Assembly: GCA_016432365.1 (NCBI GenBank) | Contig: CP066686.1 | Location: forward strand, 474,906 to 538,905 | DNA from: Candidatus Woesebacteria bacterium | GTDB taxonomy: Bacteria; Patescibacteriota; Microgenomatia; UBA8517 | DNA length: 64,000 bases | Direction: 5' to 3' | Part shown: positions 47,548 to 57,388 of the stretch, piece after piece | Numbering within the stretch: position 1 is the first letter of the stretch | How the letters are laid out: each line of letters opens with the position of its first letter | Position numbers and translations under genes: made by a program | The notes under the pieces: model-generated | Seen by the model: only the letters and a program-made list of their open reading frames with translations | What the model was told of the DNA's origin: nothing | Database searches by the model: none

Positions 47548-49395
47548 ATGTGCGGAATAGTCGGGTATGTGGGTGACGTAAATCATGAAAAGATCGATAA
47601 AATGCTTCAAAAAACCAGGCATCGTGGGCCGGATGACAGCGGAATATTTATAAGAGGGAATGTGGGTTTGGGTAGCAACAGATTGGCAATAATTGATCTT
47701 TCGGCAAAAGGCCACCAGCCAATGTTTGACGACAAAAAAAGTATTTGTATCGTCTATAACGGTGAAATATACAATTTCATGGATATAAGACGGAAACTCG
47801 AGAAGCAATATAAATTCAGAAGCAACTCTGATACCGAGGTAATAATTTATGCATATAAAAAATGGGGAATCAATTGTTTAAGGTACCTAAACGGAATGTT
47901 TGCGTTTGTAATTTATGATATGAGGAACAACTTACTTTTCGGAGCAAGAGATAGACGGGGTGAGAAACCTCTAAAATATTTTTTTGACGGAAAAACTTTC
48001 ATTTTTTCGTCAGAGATAAAGGGAATACTGTCTGTACTTAAAGAAAAACCTGAAATGGATATCGAGGCAATAAGCGATTATCTAACGCTTCAATATGTCC
48101 CCGCGCCCAAAACCGGATTCCGAAATATCTACAAGTTGCCATCCGCAAGTTATTTTATGTTTAAAGAAGGGAAATTAAAAATTAATAAATACTGGAATTT
48201 GGATTTTTCTAAAAAACTTAATCTGAGCGAAGATGAGTGGGTTGAGATGTTAGAAGAAAAAGTTAACAAATCAGTTAAGGACCGGATGGTGTCGGACGTT
48301 CCAATAGGGGCATTTCTAAGTGGTGGTGTAGATTCGAGTGCAACAACTGCATTTATGGCAATGAACTCCTCAAAACGCATTAAGACTTTCAGTATAGGAT
48401 TTACAGACCCGAAATTTGATGAAACCAAATATTCAAAACAGATAGCGGATCTCTATTGTACAGACCATTCATATATTAAGATCAACTCTAAGATATTCAA
48501 AGAAGAGCTTCCTAATATTTCAGATTATTACGATGAGCCCTTTGCCGACAACTCTTTGATTCCAACACTTTTCCTATCAAGATTTGCAAGAAAGGGTGTT
48601 ACTGTGGCTTTAAGTGGTGATGGCGGGGATGAGAATTTTGCTGGTTATGATAGATATAACGTTGTTGCATTCGGCGCATATTATCGTTTAATACCCAAAA
48701 TACTAAGAAGTCACTTGGTCAGTCCGGTTGTAGATACACTTTTTAATCTATCTCCGAATCTGTTAAATGCAAGATTAAAGATATTTTCAAACACTTTCGA
48801 GGAGCCTTTTTATAAGAGGTATTTGCATTATAAGAGTTTTTTTGACAAAAAAGATAAAGAATATATTCTTTCTAAACCGGGTCACGATACATTTTTGATT
48901 GACAGAGACCAATTCGATAGTAAATTATCCGATGTCGATAACGCTCTAAAAGCGGATATAAATTCGTATTTACCTGAGGACCTGCTTTACAAAATGGACA
49001 TAGCTTCTATGAGCGCGAGTCTGGAAGTAAGGGCACCACTTTTGGATTATGAATTAATGGAGTTAACTGCAAAGATGCCATCGAACCTGAAAATCAAAAA
49101 TTTTAATAAAAAATATATTTTTAAAAAGATGCTTATTGAAAAAAATATAGTGCCGGAAAATATCGTCAACCGTCCCAAAAGAGGGTTCAACGCTCCAATC
49201 GGTGATTGGTTAAGGAAGGATCTAAAAGAATATACACTAAGCCAATTAAACTCGAAAAAGTTTAGACAAACTGATTTGTTTGACGACGACAAACTTGATA
49301 GCTACACAGATAAATATTTTTCAAGTGATTTGGGTTACCATAACAATATTTTTGCACTTCTAACTTTGTCTAATTGGATTGATAAATTTTTTTAA
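47548..49395 (+). CDS. asnB: Asparagine synthase-like glutamine amidotransferase (probable sugar amidation)
   Basis: MCGIVG, HRGPD, NGEIYN, FLSGGVDSS, LSGDGGDE and LEVRAP motifs. Confidence 0.9.
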   Translation: MCGIVGYVGDVNHEKIDKMLQKTRHRGPDDSGIFIRGNVGLGSNRLAIIDLSAKGHQPMFDDKKSICIVYNGEIYNFMDIRRKLEKQYKFRSNSDTEVIIYAYKKWGINCLRYLNGMFAFVIYDMRNNLLFGARDRRGEKPLKYFFDGKTFIFSSEIKGILSVLKEKPEMDIEAISDYLTLQYVPAPKTGFRNIYKLPSASYFMFKEGKLKINKYWNLDFSKKLNLSEDEWVEMLEEKVNKSVKDRMVSDVPIGAFLSGGVDSSATTAFMAMNSSKRIKTFSIGFTDPKFDETKYSKQIADLYCTDHSYIKINSKIFKEELPNISDYYDEPFADNSLIPTLFLSRFARKGVTVALSGDGGDENFAGYDRYNVVAFGAYYRLIPKILRSHLVSPVVDTLFNLSPNLLNARLKIFSNTFEEPFYKRYLHYKSFFDKKDKEYILSKPGHDTFLIDRDQFDSKLSDVDNALKADINSYLPEDLLYKMDIASMSASLEVRAPLLDYELMELTAKMPSNLKIKNFNKKYIFKKMLIEKNIVPENIVNRPKRGFNAPIGDWLRKDLKEYTLSQLNSKKFRQTDLFDDDKLDSYTDKYFSSDLGYHNNIFALLTLSNWIDKFF

Positions 49396-49397
49396 AT

Positions 49398-50531
49398 ATG
49401 AAAAATATTGCAATTGTTGCGCATAAGCACCTACCCCAACCGGACGATGATTTAGTATATTTTTTGCACAAAAGGAACGGTTACAACATCTTCCATATTA
49501 AACATAGTTTCTCAGATACAAAAGACAGAAAGAGCGTTCTTGATCTATATCCAAATTGGAGAAAAATCAAAAGAGAGAAGTCTTTGGACTACGCTTTTCT
49601 TCCTGAGTTGCTTATTTATTTTAAGGAGTTCTTTTTTACGGCAAAGTGGCTTTTATCAGCAAAAAGAAAAATCGATCTGTTTATTGGAATGGATGGCCTT
49701 TGTGCGCTTTTTGGAATATTATTAAGAGCGTTTGGAGTTTGTAAAAAAGTGGTGTATTGGAACATGGATTTTGTCCCTTTTAGCCGATTCGACAGTGAAT
49801 GGAAGAACTCAATTTACCATCGAATTAATATTTTCGCTTGTAAAAACTCCGACGAAGTTTGGGATCTTTCACCAAAAATGATTGAGGGTAGGAAAAAATT
49901 TTTTAAAGTTAATGAGCGTGATTATAGGTTCCACAGAGTTGTTTCGTATGGGGTTTGGACGGATCGTATTAAAAGGGTGTCATATAGATCATGTCAAAAA
50001 AATACATTAGTATTTATGGGTCATTTACTGGCGAAACAAGGGGTAGATATAGTTATCAAAAAAATACCCGAAATAGTAAAAAAGAATCCAAATTTTATAT
50101 TTAAAATAATCGGAGACGGAAATTATAAGGACGAACTTGTAAAATTGGCCAACGAACTTACGGTAAGTAGGTATTGTAAATTTCTTGGCAGAATCGATAC
50201 TCTTGAGCTGGAAAAAGAAGTTGCAAAGTCGGCTGTGGCTATTGCTCCTTATCTAAAAACAAAGGACTCATACACTCGTTACTCAGACCCGGGGAAAGTA
50301 AAGACATATTTGGCTTGTGGAGTTCCTATTCTTTTGACGGATTTACCGTGGAATGCCAAGGATATCGAAAAGAACGGATGTGGATTGATTATTAACGATG
50401 ATGGAACCGATTTGATTGAGAAACTATTAAGAATAATGAACCCCAAAGTTAATATGGAGTTTAGGAAGAATGCCATTAAATATTCTGAAAAATACAATTA
50501 TGAAAAAATATTTGAATCCTTAAAATTATAA
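49398..50531 (+). CDS. GT4 glycosyltransferase (paralog of 43658 and 54717)
   Basis: FIGMDGL, VVYWNMDF, DEVWDLS and YSDPGKVKTYLACGVPI motifs. Confidence 0.85.
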   Translation: MKNIAIVAHKHLPQPDDDLVYFLHKRNGYNIFHIKHSFSDTKDRKSVLDLYPNWRKIKREKSLDYAFLPELLIYFKEFFFTAKWLLSAKRKIDLFIGMDGLCALFGILLRAFGVCKKVVYWNMDFVPFSRFDSEWKNSIYHRINIFACKNSDEVWDLSPKMIEGRKKFFKVNERDYRFHRVVSYGVWTDRIKRVSYRSCQKNTLVFMGHLLAKQGVDIVIKKIPEIVKKNPNFIFKIIGDGNYKDELVKLANELTVSRYCKFLGRIDTLELEKEVAKSAVAIAPYLKTKDSYTRYSDPGKVKTYLACGVPILLTDLPWNAKDIEKNGCGLIINDDGTDLIEKLLRIMNPKVNMEFRKNAIKYSEKYNYEKIFESLKL

Positions 50532-50533
50532 AC

Positions 50534-51481
50534 ATGTTGAAAAAATGGACAAAGTATCTATGTGACCCAGTCGATAAATCGCCTCTGAAGATAGTTAAAA
50601 TAATTGAGAAAAAAGGGAACGATGTTATTGCCGGTACGTTAAAAAGCAAATCCGGGAGAATCTATCAGATAAAAGATGGAATACCCATTTTACTTAATCG
50701 ATATACACAGTCAGTCAAGAGTGTTGCTAGTTTTGCATATGAGTGGGACGAATTTGATTTTGATTACGGCAAAAAAAGTTGGTTGACGGATATTGTAAAA
50801 CCGACACTTGGTAGCACTAAATTTTTTAAAAACAAAACAATTATTGATTGTGGTTCCGGTTCAGGCAGGCAAAGCTTATGGATGAGTCAAGCAGGGGCAA
50901 AACTTATTTTTTCACTGGAGCTTTCAAATGCTTCCAGGACCACAACCAAAAGGGTTGCCGAAATGTCAAATGGAAAAGTTTTTGTTATTCAGTGTGACAT
51001 TTCCAACCCACCCGTTAATGTTAGAACGGTGAAGGTGGATTTGATCTATTGCGTAAACGTGATCCAGCATACAAAAAACGTTAATCGGGCGGTGATGAGT
51101 ATTTCAAAACTGATGAACAAAAGTACTGATTTTATTTTTAACATATATTTAGTGAATGGGAGAGAAAAATTTTTAAAGTTTTTGGGTATTGTAAGAATAG
51201 TTACAAAATTGATTCCACACGCCCTACTCAAGTATTTGTCATTTGTACTTGCGGTATTTTCTTTTCTTTTATCAAATGTACCCCCGATGGGAAATTGGCT
51301 TAAGAAATCCCTTCCTCTTAAACACGGATTCAAAGAAACCTGGTTAGATATTTATGATATTTTGGGTTCTCATGAATATCAAAAATTTTATTCAGAAAAA
51401 GAACTTCTGGAAATATTGGATTATTCGAAACTTGATATTAAGAAACGATCGAGATATGCAATGATGTTAAATAAGAGATAA
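50534..51481 (+). CDS. SAM methyltransferase with an N-terminal Trm112-like domain
   Basis: LCDPVDKSPL...G.L....YQIKDGIP, then SFAYEW, IIDCGSGSGR and VIQHT motifs. Confidence 0.8.
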   Translation: MLKKWTKYLCDPVDKSPLKIVKIIEKKGNDVIAGTLKSKSGRIYQIKDGIPILLNRYTQSVKSVASFAYEWDEFDFDYGKKSWLTDIVKPTLGSTKFFKNKTIIDCGSGSGRQSLWMSQAGAKLIFSLELSNASRTTTKRVAEMSNGKVFVIQCDISNPPVNVRTVKVDLIYCVNVIQHTKNVNRAVMSISKLMNKSTDFIFNIYLVNGREKFLKFLGIVRIVTKLIPHALLKYLSFVLAVFSFLLSNVPPMGNWLKKSLPLKHGFKETWLDIYDILGSHEYQKFYSEKELLEILDYSKLDIKKRSRYAMMLNKR

Positions 51482-51490
51482 AATGTCAAA

Positions 51491-52216
51491 ATGAGTATTA
51501 AAAATATAACATTTTTTTTGTTTCCGTATCTTCTTAACGAACAAATGAGAGTTGAGTGGGTTAAAAGGCAATTATTGAAGATACAGAGAGGTGCAAGTAT
51601 CCTAGATGTTGGGGCCGGTGAAATGAGGTACAGAAAATTTTGCTTACATTTAAAATACAAAAGTCAGGATTTTAACGAATATACAGGTAAGGGGGATGGT
51701 ATCGGATTGCAAACTGGAAGTTGGGATACTTCTAAGATTGATATTGTTTCCGATATTGTTAAGATTCCAGTCAAAAATTCTTCATTCGATAATATTTTGT
51801 GCACTGAAGTACTAGAACACGTTCCCCATCCGGATATGGCGATAAAGGAAATATCGAGGATTTTGAGGAAAAGAGGAAGGTTAATCCTAACTGCCCCATT
51901 TGCTTCTCAGACACACTATTCTCCTTATTTTTTTTCAACCGGATTTAGCATTAATTGGTATAAGAAGGTTTTGGGCGAAAATAATTTTAGGGTATTGAAA
52001 ATAGAAGCAAATGGAAACTTTTTTGATTATTTAAATCAGGAGCTATGCAGATTTCCCGTTATGATAAGAAAATACAGTAGTTTAGGATGGTTGTCACTTT
52101 TGTTGTATGTTTTGGTTGTTCCGTTGGTTTTTATTATATGGATTGTATCTAAAATTTCTGCCAAATCTGAGAAACAGCTTTGTTTCGGGTATCATGTAGT
52201 TGCCGTAAAAGTTTAG
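51491..52216 (+). CDS. Class I SAM-dependent methyltransferase
   Basis: ILDVGAG, SFD.ILCTEVLEHVP.P, RIL...G.L..TAPF motifs. Confidence 0.9.
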   Translation: MSIKNITFFLFPYLLNEQMRVEWVKRQLLKIQRGASILDVGAGEMRYRKFCLHLKYKSQDFNEYTGKGDGIGLQTGSWDTSKIDIVSDIVKIPVKNSSFDNILCTEVLEHVPHPDMAIKEISRILRKRGRLILTAPFASQTHYSPYFFSTGFSINWYKKVLGENNFRVLKIEANGNFFDYLNQELCRFPVMIRKYSSLGWLSLLLYVLVVPLVFIIWIVSKISAKSEKQLCFGYHVVAVKV

Positions 52217-52911
52217 ACCTGCTGTTTGCGTGTAAAAGACTCCCAAACGAATGGGTAAGAGAAGAGTGTCCGGTGGGTTTTGTGAAGCCCTTTTATTATA
52301 CTTAACCGTCTCGCTTCGCAGTTGGGAACGACTCTATGGAATTGTATTTGAATGTTTTTGATGCGTTTGATGACCCCGGAGTCAATAATTCGCTCAACGA
52401 CATCATATTCCGACCCCTCGATATTTATCGAGATTAAATCAATAGCACTATATTTTTTTAAAGCGATTGCCGCGTCGAGAAATCGTACTTTTTCCATTTC
52501 TCCACTTTTGCTGTAAATTGAGGTGCCGTCACCTGAGAGTCTTACCTTGGTTAGGGTGTTTTTATTTGACAGACCCCAATTCAAAACACTCACTGAGTTC
52601 TTTGTCCGGTATCTTCTTTTTAGATTTAAAAAAAATTTTTTCACCGGTTCATAAATCACGATTTTGGGATTATATAAGGTAATTATTTGGTCTGAGAACT
52701 TACCTTCGTATCCACCAATATCTAATACTAAGCTTTTGGAAGAAAGCGGGTACTTGGTATATAGTGTTTCATCACCATGGTCGATAATCCATTTTGAATA
52801 ATAATATTCTCTGTTTTTTATTTTAAATGTAGCCAAAGTAACATTAATTATTTTATAGAAAGCCCATTTGGCTTTTTTATAAACATTACTTTGTTTGATG
52901 TAATACTGCAT
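52213..52911 (-). CDS. FkbM-family methyltransferase
   Basis: VLDIGGYEG, YEPV, IDLISINIEGSEY and QIQFH motifs. Start chosen at ATG 52911 (uncertain). Confidence 0.8.
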   Translation of the reverse strand: MQYYIKQSNVYKKAKWAFYKIINVTLATFKIKNREYYYSKWIIDHGDETLYTKYPLSSKSLVLDIGGYEGKFSDQIITLYNPKIVIYEPVKKFFLNLKRRYRTKNSVSVLNWGLSNKNTLTKVRLSGDGTSIYSKSGEMEKVRFLDAAIALKKYSAIDLISINIEGSEYDVVERIIDSGVIKRIKNIQIQFHRVVPNCEARRLSIIKGLHKTHRTLFSYPFVWESFTRKQQV

Positions 52912-53021
52912 ATCGTTTGTTGGCGTTTGCTGTAGATGGAATACGAAATAATTGTATAATAATACCGCATTATCAAATAAAAATATGCATTGGGTTTTAG
53001 TGGACACGTTAGCAATTAAAT

Positions 53022-54647
53022 ATGATTAAAAACTGGAAAATAGTTTTGTACTGTCTGATTATAGTTGTGGCAATACTAGCTGTTTACATGCCGGTTACTA
53101 GGCTTTTTTTCCAACAAGATGAATGGTTGGGTTATGGACTTTCCTTGGTTAAAGGACGTGGAATGATATTGCAAAGTACGGGTGGGGTGTGGGGAATAAT
53201 TCTTGGTCAAGGAAGAATATTCACAAATGTCTTACTGTATTTATTTCACAATTTTTTCCCTAGAAACATTCTTCCGGTAGCGGTGTTTGCAATCTCACTT
53301 CACATCACAAACAGTTTGCTTGTTTTTTATTTGACCGGGAAATTATTTAAGAGCTCGCTTATGGCCTTCTTTGCAGGTCTGTTTTTTGCAGTAAATAGTG
53401 TTTCTCAGAATGCAGTTACCTGGATGGCTGCCTCGGTAAATACACTACCTTCGACAGCTTTGATTTTGATTTCCCTTGTCTTCTATTTTAAGTATTTGGA
53501 AAGCGATAAACCAAAATGGTTAATTACCACTTTTGCCTTGGTCTACCTCTCCCTCTTTTTTAAAGAAACAGGTATATTTTTACTCTTATTTTTACCTGTT
53601 TCTACTTTAATTTTTAAAAAGTATTCCCTGAAAAAATTTATTTATACGTACTGGTACTTCTTTTTATCTTCGCTGACAATTGTAGTTTTTCGTTTGCTAC
53701 AGTTTAAATTGACACCCAATCCGGACGCATTATTCTTGACCGGGGCGACATCCAATTATTGGGCGGTGTTATTAACCAGGGTGCTATTTTACCCGCTTAC
53801 ATCTTTTTCGTTGGTTTTTGTACCTTCCGAACCCTTTTTATGGTTTGCCAGATTATTTACCTTGGCGTATTACCCGTTCCCATCGTCGCCGACGACTATT
53901 TTGATTGCACAGACTGCTGTATTAGATTTATTGGCGGTTTGTTTAAGTGGAATTATTCTGATCTTGATAGGCTTTTTCATAAAGCTTTCTTCAAGTCTGG
54001 AAAAAAAACATATAAGCTTTTTCTGTATATTTTTACTTGTTAATTATTTGCCTTTTACTGTGGTGTCCAAGAGTTTTTCATATCTGGAGTCCAGGTATTA
54101 TTATTTATCCTCGGTTGCGGCAGGCGTAATACTTGCCTGGCTTTTATTTAGTGTTTATAGAAAAATAAAAATTTTTTATATTAAACCTGTCATAATTCTT
54201 TTTTTTCTACTATTTATGGCGTGGCATGTAAAGTATATTAACGACGGTTTAAAAAGAGACGTAGAGACGGCATCAGAACGAAAGAATTTTATATATCAAC
54301 TCATGACTTCAGTCCCAAGTCTCGACCAAAACATAAATGTATTTTACTTTAACTCCGATTCTGACTATTACATTGCAGGAAATAAAGTTCCTTTCCAGGA
54401 GGGAATGGGATATACGCTAATGACTTTATATTACAACGGTGGAAAAATCCCTGCTGATTTGTTGCGAGATAGCTATTTGTTTGAAATCGGTGGTAATGGA
54501 TATTCTCAGGTTGGTAATTACGGATTTGGATATTTCACTGACAAAGAAAAATTAGAGCTTACAATAAAGGCGAATAAGTTAAATAAATCCAAAGTTTACT
54601 CGTTTTATTATAATTCTAAAACCAAAACACTTAGCATGACAGAATAG
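53022..54647 (+). CDS. GT-C membrane glycosyltransferase
   Basis: FFQQDEW first-loop motif, LH..N..LV, AVTW, FFKE and SRYYY motifs; multi-TM. Confidence 0.75.
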   Translation: MIKNWKIVLYCLIIVVAILAVYMPVTRLFFQQDEWLGYGLSLVKGRGMILQSTGGVWGIILGQGRIFTNVLLYLFHNFFPRNILPVAVFAISLHITNSLLVFYLTGKLFKSSLMAFFAGLFFAVNSVSQNAVTWMAASVNTLPSTALILISLVFYFKYLESDKPKWLITTFALVYLSLFFKETGIFLLLFLPVSTLIFKKYSLKKFIYTYWYFFLSSLTIVVFRLLQFKLTPNPDALFLTGATSNYWAVLLTRVLFYPLTSFSLVFVPSEPFLWFARLFTLAYYPFPSSPTTILIAQTAVLDLLAVCLSGIILILIGFFIKLSSSLEKKHISFFCIFLLVNYLPFTVVSKSFSYLESRYYYLSSVAAGVILAWLLFSVYRKIKIFYIKPVIILFFLLFMAWHVKYINDGLKRDVETASERKNFIYQLMTSVPSLDQNINVFYFNSDSDYYIAGNKVPFQEGMGYTLMTLYYNGGKIPADLLRDSYLFEIGGNGYSQVGNYGFGYFTDKEKLELTIKANKLNKSKVYSFYYNSKTKTLSMTE

Positions 54648-54716
54648 ATTTTTCTGGGATTCACTATCGCTGTCGTTGCTCCATCAAATAAACAGTTTGA
54701 TGTCAGGCGTGCATCA

Positions 54717-55943
54717 CTAATTGGTAAGGTCCATTTTGTTAAGAGCGGAACTATATGAATTTTCCCAGGTATTTTCTTTAGCAGCGGATATTGCGGCTTT
54801 TCTCATTTTTAAATATGTTTTTTTATTTGAAAAAATATTTATAATGACATTTGCCAAGTCCTTGGGGTTATCCTTTGTTATTATTCCGGCTCCTGCTTTT
54901 TCAGCCAACTTTCCGTTTGGGGGGACTTGGGTGGTGACGACCGGCAAACCACATGCCAAGGCCATTCTTATTTTTACGGCATCAGCGTACCACCGAACGG
55001 ATTCGCGTATGGCTTTGTATGGTGCAATTAAAAGCCTGTGCTTTCGGACGAGTGAGTAAAGCTCTTTATTACTTGGAACGAACCCAACAAAGTTAATACT
55101 TTTTTCGAGATTTAATTTTTTAATTAAATTTTTGAGCAACTTTTCATCTTCCGGCCTTCCGCCACCAGCAACTGTTAACGAGGCGGATGGGAACCTTCTA
55201 ATTATCTGTGGCATCATTTGAATTGCCAAGTCTGGCCCGTTTTCCAGACCTAAAGTTCCGGCGTAGATAATGCTAAAGGGTTTTGTTTTATCAAGAGGTA
55301 AGAATTTAATTTCCTTTCTAAAAAAAGCGTTGGGTGCAAGTATTTGTGGAGAGAAGTCCTTCATGTTATAGCCCAGCTTTTCCCGGGCCGCAGGCATTGC
55401 TTCCGAAACGTTCCATGTCGCGTCAGAATACCTGGCCGCCGTTTTATCAAGGAATAGGTAAAATTTATTGAACCATTTGGATTTATACCTCTTTGGAGAA
55501 AAGTCAGAAACGTAATAAACAACTTTTTTTATAAAGCCAACCTTTTTAAGAAAAATTCCCGCTATCGCGTTAACCGATTCGAAGCCTATAAATAAGTCAA
55601 TTTTTAGCTTTTGTCCGATCACCAGATCGATTACCGACAAAAAATCCCTGAGTTTAAATGAAACCTGCGTTGCCGAGACATTTTGAGCAGCAAGAAGTGG
55701 TGAGAGAGCTGAAATAAGAAAAGATGAGCTTTGGACTTTTTTTAATTTACCATATTTGTATACTTCGATTCTTGGCATAAGAATGTCGGACCCCGGGTGC
55801 GGTTGGTCCAACAAGTAGACACTTTTATACCTAGTTGAAAAATATTCAACCAATGGTTCAACCATTCCGTTTGTAGGCATTCTCTTGCCGTTTTTCCATG
55901 GTGAAAAGGTGGCTATAAGTATTTGGCTGGTGTTGTTTAGCAT
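54717..55943 (-). CDS. GT4 glycosyltransferase (paralog of 43658 and 49398)
   Basis: FIGFESVNA, VVYYVSDF, DATWNVS and YADAVKIR.ALACGLPVV motifs. Confidence 0.85.
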   Translation of the reverse strand: MLNNTSQILIATFSPWKNGKRMPTNGMVEPLVEYFSTRYKSVYLLDQPHPGSDILMPRIEVYKYGKLKKVQSSSFLISALSPLLAAQNVSATQVSFKLRDFLSVIDLVIGQKLKIDLFIGFESVNAIAGIFLKKVGFIKKVVYYVSDFSPKRYKSKWFNKFYLFLDKTAARYSDATWNVSEAMPAAREKLGYNMKDFSPQILAPNAFFRKEIKFLPLDKTKPFSIIYAGTLGLENGPDLAIQMMPQIIRRFPSASLTVAGGGRPEDEKLLKNLIKKLNLEKSINFVGFVPSNKELYSLVRKHRLLIAPYKAIRESVRWYADAVKIRMALACGLPVVTTQVPPNGKLAEKAGAGIITKDNPKDLANVIINIFSNKKTYLKMRKAAISAAKENTWENSYSSALNKMDLTN

Positions 55944-56071
55944 ATTTAAATTGACTTTAATATGATATATACTCCTCTTACTTGAGTTTGCAACTCTTCG
56001 TAAGAGATTATATACCCGAAAATTCTCGTTTGCCTATACAAACTCGAGTTTCTTGGGTATAGGATTGCTTC

Positions 56072-56100
56072 TTGATAAACAAACGATCTTTATGTACCAT
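56072..56100 (+). promoter_or_regulatory. Sigma70-like promoter for a leaderless transcript
   Basis: TTGATA-N17-TACCAT, then 6 nt, then GTG 56107. Confidence 0.6.
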
Positions 56101-56106
56101 AGCCGT

Positions 56107-57378
56107 GTGCTTAAAGAAAATAACATAGTGGTTTTTGGCATTGGAAGGGTTGGTTTACCCCTAGCCCTTGTTCTCGCAGACAAAGGATTTGATGTTTCGG
56201 GAATTGATGTAGACCCGGCAAGAGTTGCTTTTCTTCAGAGTAAGAAGATGCCTTTTTTAGAAGAAGGTGCAGATGAGCTGCTTCAAAAATATATAGGTAA
56301 CAAATTTAGAATTTATGCATCCGATCACATAAAAGAATCGCTATCAGAAAATAAATATATTATTCTCACCCTGGGGACTCCAATTGACGCAACCTATAGT
56401 CCTGACCATAGTCAAATCGAAAAACTTTTCTCAGAGTTAGTTCCATTTATACAAAAAGGTCACGTTATAATTTTAAGAAGCACTATTTCTCCGGGAAGCC
56501 TAAGACAGTTGGTGAGATTTGTTGAGGAGCGTACAAAATTAAAAGTTGGGAAGGACATTTATATGGCATATTGCCCGGAACGTATTGCAGAGGGCAAATC
56601 TGTAGAAGAGTTGGCCCAAATTCCTCAAATCATAGGAACAACCGAACCGGAGAGTGCTAAAGAAGCTACTAAGATCTTTTCAAAAATTACAAAAACAATT
56701 CATTATTCAAAACCAGAAGCTGCCGAACTTTCAAAACTTTTCTGTAACATGTACCGTTATATCGATTTCGCAATCGGAAACGAATTCATGATGATTGCCG
56801 AAGATTACGGATGCGATATCTATGAAGTGTTGAATCTTGTTAATAACGGATACAAACGCGCAGGACTTAAGTCACCGGGTCTTACCGCAGGTCCGTGTTT
56901 AGTTAAAGACGGATTTTTCTTAATCGATAAAAGTCCCTTTATGGAGCTTGTTATGGCATCTTGGAGACTTAATGAAAATATCCCTGGCTATCTTTTTAAG
57001 AGAGTCAAAGCCGAAGTTGGGAATGTAAACGGGAAAAAAGTTGCAATGCTGGGTTTGGCCTTTAAGAAAAACATCGATGATTCAAGATTTTCCCTGGTTC
57101 CCAAATTAGTTAAATATTTTAGTGCCGAGGGTGCCAGAGTTCTGGTTACTGACGCACTAATGTATTCAGAACCTCTTGATGAGACGTTGAAAGACGCGGA
57201 TATTGTAGTGGTGGGGACAAATCACGATGCTTATAAAGATTTGTCGTTAGACAACCTTAGCAAAGTCGTGTCAAAAGATTGTCTGGTTTGTGATATTTGG
57301 AACATGTTTGGTACGGGCAAAATTGTTTTCAGACTTCATGATTTTGCTTCGAAGTCCGGTAAGGAGTCCAAAAAATAA
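56107..57378 (+). CDS. Nucleotide-sugar 6-dehydrogenase (UDP-glucose/GDP-mannose/WecC family)
   Basis: GIGRVGLP, LGTP, RST..PG, CPERIAEG, AELSKL, GPCLVKD and GLAFK..DD.R motifs. Start set at GTG 56107. Confidence 0.9.
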   Translation: MLKENNIVVFGIGRVGLPLALVLADKGFDVSGIDVDPARVAFLQSKKMPFLEEGADELLQKYIGNKFRIYASDHIKESLSENKYIILTLGTPIDATYSPDHSQIEKLFSELVPFIQKGHVIILRSTISPGSLRQLVRFVEERTKLKVGKDIYMAYCPERIAEGKSVEELAQIPQIIGTTEPESAKEATKIFSKITKTIHYSKPEAAELSKLFCNMYRYIDFAIGNEFMMIAEDYGCDIYEVLNLVNNGYKRAGLKSPGLTAGPCLVKDGFFLIDKSPFMELVMASWRLNENIPGYLFKRVKAEVGNVNGKKVAMLGLAFKKNIDDSRFSLVPKLVKYFSAEGARVLVTDALMYSEPLDETLKDADIVVVGTNHDAYKDLSLDNLSKVVSKDCLVCDIWNMFGTGKIVFRLHDFASKSGKESKK

Positions 57379-57388
57379 TCGGATTTTT

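Noticed and set aside
54682-54702. CATCAAA-N7-TTTGATG as a bidirectional terminator between convergent genes
   Set aside because: Weak AT-rich stem without U-tracts; insufficient support.
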